Source: an uncultured Eubacteriales bacterium (GTDB taxonomy: Bacteria > Bacillota > Clostridia > Peptostreptococcales > Anaerovoracaceae). Taken from it: a stretch of 64,000 bases of DNA. The position numbers and the translations under genes are program-made. Shown here piece by piece: positions 8,737 to 15,823 of this stretch. Under the pieces are notes generated by a model. That model saw only the letters and a list, made by a program, of their open reading frames with translations, was not told where the DNA came from and did no database searches. Where the stretch lies: positions 472-64,471 of the forward strand of contig CADAEH010000012.1 of assembly GCA_902786855.1 (NCBI GenBank), in the 5' to 3' direction. How positions within the stretch are numbered: the first letter of the stretch is position 1; each line of letters starts with the position of its first letter.

Positions 8737-9789
8737 CTAATGCGTTGATGCGTATCTGTCACAATACTTTTGCTGGATAAGGAATGTATTCCGTTCCGTC
8801 TTATTTGAATGCAGGAAAAATGCTGCATCCAGGACCGGGATCACATCTGAATGGCCGTATTTACTAACAAATTCTCTCACCGGAACTCTGAGCAAGCTAT
8901 TTTCCACAGAAACTTCCTCAGGCAGAGATCCGTTCTCCAGCACTGCATCGAATACTTTGCGCATGAACTCGTTCCTGAACTTTGTCTCCCAAGGTAGTGT
9001 GGCATCGCTATACGACAGTTTTGACATATGTGCAGCCAGGCAGTTATCCGAAGGCCTGCCCGCAAGGTTGAACGACCCGTCAGCATCAAGCACCATCTGT
9101 TCTTCATCGAACTCCATGCCAATATATTCACTATACCTGTCATTTTCCCATTTATACGGATCGCCCTTGCCGCTTATGAATGCCTCGTCTGAATTAATAA
9201 TCACAAGCGTATCATATATCCTGAACGCATTGTCGAGAGCTATCGATCCCCCTGATTCATATGCCGCATTAAACGCCGTGGTGCATTCTCCGAAGTATGG
9301 TACAAACCTGATCTTTTCAAGTTTCTCACCGTATTGCAGTCTAAAGCCATAGAGCATGCGTCTTATGGTATCGCCCTTCTCTGCTTCTTCTTCGGTTATA
9401 TCAGCGCTGCTGAATTTCAGCGGACCGCAATTGATCACTATTTCATCATTAAATGTCGAACTAAGCAGCAGTTCGAATACCTTCGGATTATTCGTATAAA
9501 AGCTCGTATCCATCCAGATTTTTATAGTATCAAGAGTCTCATCTGATACAGCTTTATTATCTCGAACAGCGAGCATGAACTCTTTGTAACTCACCTTATG
9601 AGTACTCCTGACCAGTCGCTCCAGAAGTCTCTTATCGTTGCAATGAAGAAACACCTGCATATTACTGTGCTTCTCTACCTGCACAGAAAGCTCATCGATT
9701 CTTTCGGTCTTCCTGTACCACGAAATATCTGACATCAGTTTTCTCAATGCCACATACTGATCCAGATCCAAAGTATCGCATAATGTCAT
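8737..9789 (-). CDS. hypothetical protein (orphan X)
   Basis: 350-aa ORF with an AGAGGAA RBS, 19 nt after the CPBP stop. No motif recognised. Confidence 0.75.
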   Translation of the reverse strand: MTLCDTLDLDQYVALRKLMSDISWYRKTERIDELSVQVEKHSNMQVFLHCNDKRLLERLVRSTHKVSYKEFMLAVRDNKAVSDETLDTIKIWMDTSFYTNNPKVFELLLSSTFNDEIVINCGPLKFSSADITEEEAEKGDTIRRMLYGFRLQYGEKLEKIRFVPYFGECTTAFNAAYESGGSIALDNAFRIYDTLVIINSDEAFISGKGDPYKWENDRYSEYIGMEFDEEQMVLDADGSFNLAGRPSDNCLAAHMSKLSYSDATLPWETKFRNEFMRKVFDAVLENGSLPEEVSVENSLLRVPVREFVSKYGHSDVIPVLDAAFFLHSNKTERNTFLIQQKYCDRYASTH

Positions 9790-9808
9790 ATCAATTCCTC
9801 TATTCTAT

Positions 9809-10777
9809 CTATTCTGCGCTCAGTTCCGTATCCGATGCTTCAGTCAATTCTACGTTCGGTTCCATATCTGATGCTTCAGCCAATTCTGCGCCTGGTCCTG
9901 CATCCTTGTCCTTGTTCCACTTCTTATCCCAGACCTCCATGATCTCGTCATAGTGCTCAGGTTTCATCAGGCGAAGTGCCCAGATCGCGCCGAAAGCTCC
10001 GGCCACGATGGTGATCCAGTCTCCGATGCCCATACCTGTCATGAGGCCGCCGTTGTCATACAGATCGACACGTATCATTTCGAAAAAGTCCACACTCCAG
10101 TGACCCAGAATCGTCGGCCACAGGTTTCCTGTGCGCAGGTAGACCGCGCCGAACAGCATTCCTACTCCGATGGCATAGATCGACTGGATGACGACTGACA
10201 TCGGGTCTCCGCCTACCAATATGTTCGTAAGGTGTATGAGGCCGAACACAATCGAGGAAAGCCAGAATATGACTTTGATCTTGTCTTTTGACTTGATCTT
10301 CCTCATATAGTTGGCAATGCCCAGTCCGCGCATCATCACCTCTTCGCCGAATCCCGGAGCTGCTGCTCTCAGTAAAGCGATGAACACGCCGCCTGTGCCG
10401 AGTGTTATCCAGCTGACTATGCTGCCGACATAGTGGATCACGAGGAACGGCAAAAGCATCAGCAGACCTTCCTTGAGTCTGTCTTTCTGAAGGCACCCGT
10501 TGAAATCAGGTCTGAACCACAGCTTGAACAGCCAGGCAGCGATGAGTACTGAAACTGCCACTCCGACTCCGCTGCAGATCTCGGCTGCTTTTCCCATGAC
10601 TATCGTTTCGACTGCATAGCCCGGGATGAATCTGCTGATCATCTTATCCAGGCCGGCGCCCAGAGTCTCCTCGAATATAGAAACGTAAAAAATCAGCAAA
10701 AAATAGCTTATTATCGTGTGATCAAGTATACGGTGGTTTCTCTTATTCATTCTCCTGATCAGCTCCTTTTGTGACAT
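9809..10777 (-). CDS. CPBP-family intramembrane metalloprotease (CAAX/Abi, PF02517 type)
   Basis: Multi-TM protein with the family motifs GFGEEVMMRGL, FGLIHL and HWSVDF. It ends in a repeated acidic tail (ELAEASDMEPNVELTEASDTELSAE). Confidence 0.8.
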   Translation of the reverse strand: MSQKELIRRMNKRNHRILDHTIISYFLLIFYVSIFEETLGAGLDKMISRFIPGYAVETIVMGKAAEICSGVGVAVSVLIAAWLFKLWFRPDFNGCLQKDRLKEGLLMLLPFLVIHYVGSIVSWITLGTGGVFIALLRAAAPGFGEEVMMRGLGIANYMRKIKSKDKIKVIFWLSSIVFGLIHLTNILVGGDPMSVVIQSIYAIGVGMLFGAVYLRTGNLWPTILGHWSVDFFEMIRVDLYDNGGLMTGMGIGDWITIVAGAFGAIWALRLMKPEHYDEIMEVWDKKWNKDKDAGPGAELAEASDMEPNVELTEASDTELSAE

Positions 10778-10865
10778 ACTCCCACCACTTATAGAAGTGA
10801 GGCTTCTCGCTCAAGACAATTATATTTTTTCTTTCAAAACTATACCACTCATTACATTTACATGC

Positions 10866-10923
10866 AAAAAACCGCGGGAACCCGGGGAGGAGATGTATCT
10901 ATTTATATTCCCGGGCTCCCGCG
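10866..10923 (-). terminator. long-stem terminator after the 27-aa peptide gene
   Basis: On the minus strand, GCGGGAGCCCGGG - about 23-nt loop - CCCGGGUUCCCGC is followed by a U6 tract. Confidence 0.55.
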
Positions 10924-10941
10924 TTTCAAGGGATGCCTATT

Positions 10942-11025
10942 TTAGAGTCCGCCGTAGAAGAATACTGCTGCAAACACGGCCAGTACTATTGCGATATGCT
11001 TCATCATGAATTTTGTCTTAACCAT
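10942..11025 (-). CDS. 27-aa hydrophobic peptide (below the ORF-track cutoff)
   Basis: My hand translation gives MVKTKFMMKHIAIVLAVFAAVFFYGGL, with an AAGGAGGGG RBS 5-6 nt upstream. It starts 17 nt after the stop of the preceding small ORF, and a strong terminator follows. Confidence 0.45.
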   Translation of the reverse strand: MVKTKFMMKHIAIVLAVFAAVFFYGGL

Positions 11026-11042
11026 TCTGACCCCTCCTTTAC

Positions 11043-11252
11043 TTACGCGGCTTCGATCATCTGGCTGCCGATCAGGCTCCAGCCGCCATTCTGCATCTCA
11101 GCAGATCCGCAGTTTTCGATACTGTTTCCGATACTGTCAGGAGTCCTGAGTTCAATGCTGTCTCCGTTTTCCCGGTAAAGCATCTGTTCCGGCAGTTCGG
11201 TTGATAATGCTCTGAATATGTCCATAAGATAATCAATATTTACTTTATCCAT
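11043..11252 (-). CDS. small acidic hypothetical protein
   Basis: 69 aa from the ATG at 11252 (the track ORF starts at a GTG at 11264). No motif recognised. It sits between the WYL regulator and the hydrophobic peptide. Confidence 0.45.
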   Translation of the reverse strand: MDKVNIDYLMDIFRALSTELPEQMLYRENGDSIELRTPDSIGNSIENCGSAEMQNGGWSLIGSQMIEAA

Positions 11253-11392
11253 TTCCTGTACCACCTTTCAGATCCGCATGCTTTTACACTTCACGTTCTC
11301 TGCATGCTATTATCAGCGCCTCCGTCATTCATGTTCTATCTGATGTATAGATTGTAACAACTCGCATGTCCAGAAAAACTCCTTCGCGAACA

Positions 11393-11411
11393 AATTTTCG
11401 ATTCGAAAATT
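11393..11411. promoter_or_regulatory. perfect 9-1-9 palindrome, candidate operator
   Basis: AATTTTCGA-T-TCGAAAATT lies in the 306-bp gap between the WYL regulator and the small-ORF pair, about 140 nt upstream of the ATG at 11252. Confidence 0.3.
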
Positions 11412-11495
11412 GACGATTAAAGAACCCCTTTTTCAGGCTGAATTTACGAATTTCCATGCGTGAGAGCCAAAAATACCCAACGAAACAGCAGGCAC

Positions 11496-11529
11496 AAAAA
11501 TAGCGGCACCGCTTATACCTGATGCCGCT
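11496..11529 (-). terminator. terminator after the WYL regulator gene
   Basis: On the minus strand, AGCGGCA - 14-nt loop - UGCCGCU is followed by AUUUUU. Confidence 0.55.
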
Positions 11530-11570
11530 GGTTCTATCTTTTTCAGTGAGATCTGCTGTTTTGGTCTGGT

Positions 11571-12572
11571 TCACTCCATGCCATACTGCTCTGAGAGCTG
11601 CTTTACCATGTTCTTCATCTGCCCGACCACTTTGTCCGGGCCGACTATCCTGACGCTGCCGCCGAGCGAGACGATCCAGCCGAGGAAATGGCTGCTCACT
11701 GCCACCGTGACAACGGTCTGGAAATGGTTCTCGCCTGAAGGTGCTATTATGATGTCCTTGCCAAAGCGGTCGATCATCACTCCGACCATGTAATTCTCGC
11801 ACTCGAGTGTGACCCTGGTCTCTTCACCGGCATACATGCCGAAGAGTGACTTGGTGTAATCAGCAAGGTTGAACCGTTTAAATGCCTCCTTGCCTTCTCT
11901 CGGCTCGTCGAGTATGCTGATCTCTTTCATTTTGTCCACGCGGTAGTGCGTGACATTGTCATGCTTTGAGTCATAGACGACCAGATAATACATCTCGTCA
12001 TCCCACATCAGTGCCCATGGGCTCCGCTGATACCACATGCCGTCATATCTTGGCTTGAGTTTCTTCTCGAGATTCCAGTCATAGTATCTGAACTTGATCT
12101 GCCGGTCGGAGTTGATGGCCGCGTGCAGCTTGTCGACATTGTAATAGATGCTCTCGTTCATCGTTTTGACGCGGCCCGCGATCAGCACCTGCCTGTGCAG
12201 CTGCGAAGCGTCATGATTGCTGGCAAGGGATTCTATCTTCCTGATCAGCTCGCGTGACTTGTGTTCACTGATGAATTTTGACGACTGGACGGAATCGACG
12301 AGCAGCTTCAGCTCGGCCAGCTCAAAGTCCCTGCTGCCGAGAAAGTAATAATAGTTGCGGCCGTCCTGCGATGTCAGGATATCCAGACCGTATTTCTTCA
12401 GCTCGGCAATATCCTGATACAGAGTCTTGCGGTCTGCGTTGACGCCGTGCTCCGCAAGTTTCCGGATGATCTCGGGCATAGTAAGATAGTGGTTATCATC
12501 TGTCTCTTCCGAGAAGATCTTCACCAGATAAAGCATCTTGAGTTTCTGATTGTCACCCTTACGCTCAGCCAT
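11571..12572 (-). CDS. WYL-domain transcriptional regulator (HTH - WYL - C-terminal domain)
   Basis: N-terminal wHTH (LTMPEIIRKLAEHGVNADRKTLYQDIAELKKYGLDI), a central WYL-type region (IKFRYYDWN...SPWALMWDDEMYYLVVY), and a WCX-like C-terminus. Confidence 0.75.
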   Translation of the reverse strand: MAERKGDNQKLKMLYLVKIFSEETDDNHYLTMPEIIRKLAEHGVNADRKTLYQDIAELKKYGLDILTSQDGRNYYYFLGSRDFELAELKLLVDSVQSSKFISEHKSRELIRKIESLASNHDASQLHRQVLIAGRVKTMNESIYYNVDKLHAAINSDRQIKFRYYDWNLEKKLKPRYDGMWYQRSPWALMWDDEMYYLVVYDSKHDNVTHYRVDKMKEISILDEPREGKEAFKRFNLADYTKSLFGMYAGEETRVTLECENYMVGVMIDRFGKDIIIAPSGENHFQTVVTVAVSSHFLGWIVSLGGSVRIVGPDKVVGQMKNMVKQLSEQYGME

Positions 12573-12703
12573 AAATGTCCCTTTTCACTTTGATTCAATG
12601 CAGGCGCTTTCTATTGCACTGCGCCTTACTTGAGCACGAGCAGGCTGTTGTCAGCCTCTCTGTTTTATTTAAACACAAGCGGGCCGTCATCAGCCTCTCT
12701 GTT

Positions 12704-13285
12704 TTATTTAAGCACGAGCGGACTGTCAGCTGCCCCCTCCTGGATCTTTTTTACTTCCTGGAAAACTGCCTCGTAGTCCTCGACTGCCTGATCATTCGAT
12801 GGGTCGACCTGGACATCAGAAGGATACTCAGCTATATACACCTTGCCGTTCTTCTCGCCGATGACATTGTAGCTCGGCAGCACTTCGTAACTCGTATCAC
12901 CTGCATCGAATGCGAGGATGGAAACGAGTCTGCCGCCGTAGTCTGCATCACGGGAAGCAACGTTGTAGATGGTGATCGATGTGTTGCTGTCGACCTCGTA
13001 ATCCCAGCTGCTGCCGTGAGTCAGGGTGATCGTAAAATAATCGGTGTCGATCGCCTTCTCAGCTCCGCCGCCCGCGAGCATCAGGTTGGAAGCAATATTG
13101 TATTCTTCAGATCCTGTTGTTTCAGGCGCCTGCTCTTCAGTCTGTTCCGTCTGCTCTGTCTGCTCTTCAGTCTGGACCTCCGGCTCTGCTTCAGGTTCAG
13201 GCTCAGATCCCGACCCGCATGCTGTAAAAGCCAGAACGAGCATGATGCTCATCAGCAGTGCTATCATCTTTTTTGTCATAGTCAT
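12704..13285 (-). CDS. lipoprotein with EPE-rich linker
   Basis: Preferred start is MTMTKKMIALLMSIMLVLAFTAC (ATG at 13285; the track start is 13372). A signal peptide and Cys are followed by GSGSEPEPEAEPEVQTEEQ. Confidence 0.7.
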   Translation of the reverse strand: MTMTKKMIALLMSIMLVLAFTACGSGSEPEPEAEPEVQTEEQTEQTEQTEEQAPETTGSEEYNIASNLMLAGGGAEKAIDTDYFTITLTHGSSWDYEVDSNTSITIYNVASRDADYGGRLVSILAFDAGDTSYEVLPSYNVIGEKNGKVYIAEYPSDVQVDPSNDQAVEDYEAVFQEVKKIQEGAADSPLVLK

Positions 13286-13499
13286 TTCATTATGTGCGAT
13301 CCGATCGCCGCAGATCAAAGCCTTGAGTCTGAGTACTCTACACCGCAGATTGAATGCCTTGAGTCTGAACACTCTGCGCGCCGGATCTTTCCTTTCTCCC
13401 AGTCTGGCCGGGTATGTGTAAAAAGCCGCATGTTTTCTGAGTGAGAAAATGCCCCATTCATTCTCTTACTAATAATACCACAAGTCTCTGCAGGATCCG

Positions 13500-14084
13500 C
13501 TACAGCGTTACTTTAAACAACCCGTGGCGGTTACAGTATGCGAGTATCTCCCCGTGCCCGTGGCGGAAGAATCTGCATTCCGCATCCCCCTCCGGATAAA
13601 GCTTGACTGTCTCGATGCGGTCACCGGTCCGGTAAACAATAAAGCTAATATGATGCTCTTTTGTCATCGGGTGATCAACGGAAACGTATAGTTCACCTTC
13701 GATGGATTCCAGCTTGATATCATGCTCGTCGTCCGGTTCCTCGGCTTCGAGTGCCGGAAGTGAGATGCCGCAGCAGCTTATCGCCGCATCTCCTGCAGAC
13801 TGTATCACATTCCCGCATACAGGGCAGACATACAGCCTTGATCTTCTCATATTAGAAGCAGCATTCTTGTTGATTATCTGCTCGCCCGCAAAAAGTTCTC
13901 CAACGGAAAGCCTGAAGGCATTTGCGATCGGCTCTATGAGGCTTATATCCGGAAGCCCGCGTCCGGTTTCCCACTTGGAGACTGCTTTGTCAGTGACGCC
14001 GATCTTTTCAGCAAGCTCGGCCTGAGTCATTTTGTTTTTCTCGCGAAAAGCCTTGATGGTTTCGCCTTTTATATACTGATTCAT
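13500..14084 (-). CDS. XRE-type HTH fused to a complete desulfoferrodoxin (Dx + SOR centre II) module
   Basis: HTH: MTQAELAEKIGVTDKAVSKWETG. Desulforedoxin-like site: YVCPVCGN...ISCCG. SOR site motifs: DHPMTKEHHI and YCNRHGLF. Start taken at the ATG at 14084. Confidence 0.7.
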   Translation of the reverse strand: MNQYIKGETIKAFREKNKMTQAELAEKIGVTDKAVSKWETGRGLPDISLIEPIANAFRLSVGELFAGEQIINKNAASNMRRSRLYVCPVCGNVIQSAGDAAISCCGISLPALEAEEPDDEHDIKLESIEGELYVSVDHPMTKEHHISFIVYRTGDRIETVKLYPEGDAECRFFRHGHGEILAYCNRHGLFKVTL

Positions 14085-14650
14085 GGTTATTTCCTCCTTC
14101 TGCCCGAGGATACCATGCTGCATTTTGCCCGTCCACCTACGCAGAGTAGAGTGCTATTTTAATTTAACTTCCGGAATACAGTTTTCAGAATCTTAGTTTT
14201 ATTGCGCGGCGGCGGATGCATTTGCGGATCAGCTATTTCAAATAGATCTTTAGGTGTTGTAAAAGGGAGTTTTTGTGAAAAGTGTCATTTTTTTATGTAA
14301 AAGCCCCGTTTTCGTTACCCTAATTTGAGCACTTTTCTATTTTTCCCAATTGCTAGGGTATTTATTGCTCAATTCACTATTGTACGCTTGTTTGTTAAAA
14401 GAGACCTGCAAGACCTGAATTCCTTGATTTTTAAGGATTTCAATGATTTTGCCTCTTCACATATGCTTTCAGCGATTTGGAATATATCATGTTTCAATCA
14501 TGAAAACGGCAAGCAGAAGAGAATTTGGATAACATAATTGAGCATTTCTGCCTAATTAGTGACACTAATTCAAAAAAGTCCTTCTGCCTAATAGTTGGCA
14601 ATGAAAGTAGCGTTTTCTCTCCGTCCGCTTTTAATTCGTGTTCATAAGAC

Positions 14651-14736
14651 ATTTAGTTTTATCACATGGTGACAGGATTTCTTGTCATCAATAAGATATT
14701 TAGTTTGTCACATGGTGACAGGATTTCTTGTTATCA
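14651..14736. repeat. two direct copies of a 39-40-bp element (period 47 bp) with internal palindromes
   Basis: ATTTAGTTT(TA/G)TCACATGGTGACAGGATTTCTTGT(C/T)ATCA occurs at 14651-14690 and 14698-14736. Each copy holds TCAC-ATG-GTGA and TGACA-N8-TGTCA. They lie just 3' of the EamA stop. Confidence 0.7.
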
Positions 14737-14754
14737 TGCATATTGCAGTTATCA

Positions 14755-15660
14755 TCATGAGGCAGCTGGGTTGCTTTTCTTCATGTTCATCACGGCTATG
14801 GAGATGAGTACCAGGGCGATGCCGGCGATCTTGGCCACCCCAAGGCTCTGGCTGAATACGACAAGTCCTATGATCGCGGCTACTACGGTTTCGACGGATG
14901 CGAGGACTGGGATCCTTGAGGTCTCGGTGATCTTGCTGATGCCGGCGTAGTACACGATGTAACCCATTGCTGACGGGACGATCCCGAATCCGATGAACAG
15001 GAGCAGGATCTTAAGCGAAAAAGCTGTCCCTATCCCGTTCCACGGCCTGATAAGGAAGAAGAGCAGCAGCGCACCGAATGCCTGCCCGTAAAACGCCGCG
15101 GTGAACGGATTTTCTTCATCGGCACCGGTCCTCGAGAGGATCGGCAGCAAAGCATAGGTGAATCCCGCGAGGATGCCGGTGATGATGCCAAAACCGGAAA
15201 TCCTCATGTCTGAAAAGTCTCCGCCGGTGACGGTGAGTATGCAGCCGGCGATGTTGATGATGATGGCAATGATCTTGTTGCGCGTCAGCGGTTCATGGAA
15301 AAAGATCTTGGAGATCAGGGCCACGTAGACCGGGGAAGTGTACAGGAATACGGCTGCCGTCGCCATGCCGCCCTGCTCTATCGCATTCATATAGCAGATA
15401 TTGTAGAAAGCCTGAGATATGAATCCCACCAGCATGCATGAGATGAGACCTTTCCTGCTAACGCGGAAGAGGCTCGTCCCTTTGCCCTTGGCCAGGAGTA
15501 TCAGAGCCAGCATCATGGTCGCTGAAAGCAGCCTGAAAAATGCAACCGGAGCGGCTGCAAGTCCGCAATTCGAGAGCATCGTCGCGAAGAACCCGATCGT
15601 GCCCCACAGTGACCCCGCGGCCAGAACCATTAAGTACCCTTTATTTTGTTCACTGTTCAT
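14755..15660 (-). CDS. EamA/DMT-superfamily transporter
   Basis: 301 aa with about 10 TM segments and a duplicated EamA-like architecture. Confidence 0.75.
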   Translation of the reverse strand: MNSEQNKGYLMVLAAGSLWGTIGFFATMLSNCGLAAAPVAFFRLLSATMMLALILLAKGKGTSLFRVSRKGLISCMLVGFISQAFYNICYMNAIEQGGMATAAVFLYTSPVYVALISKIFFHEPLTRNKIIAIIINIAGCILTVTGGDFSDMRISGFGIITGILAGFTYALLPILSRTGADEENPFTAAFYGQAFGALLLFFLIRPWNGIGTAFSLKILLLFIGFGIVPSAMGYIVYYAGISKITETSRIPVLASVETVVAAIIGLVVFSQSLGVAKIAGIALVLISIAVMNMKKSNPAAS

Positions 15661-15823
15661 CTTGAATCTCTATTATCTCTTTTCCCAATCAAAGTAAAAC
15701 TTATCTTTTTCATATGCAGATCGGGCCTGATCGTGTCTGTGCTTTGCCCACCTGCTCCCATCACTACGCTTCCCATCACTACGCTCACTGGTGTAGTTGA
15801 ACCTGGTTGTGCTCGCCTGATTC

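Noticed and set aside
9790-9810. Mobile-element boundary (integrase, att site, tRNA) at the GC step
   Set aside because: No recombinase, tRNA or flanking direct repeat is visible in the window. The step is reported only as a compositional observation.
11329-11802. 157-aa minus-strand ORF overlapping the 3' end of the WYL regulator gene
   Set aside because: It is out of frame with a well-supported gene, runs through that gene's terminator hairpin, and has an Arg/His-rich composition with no RBS.
12575-13444. 289-aa plus-strand ORF
   Set aside because: It is antisense to the lipoprotein gene, which has a clear signal peptide and lipobox. The translation is Cys/Leu/Arg-rich, without motifs or an RBS.
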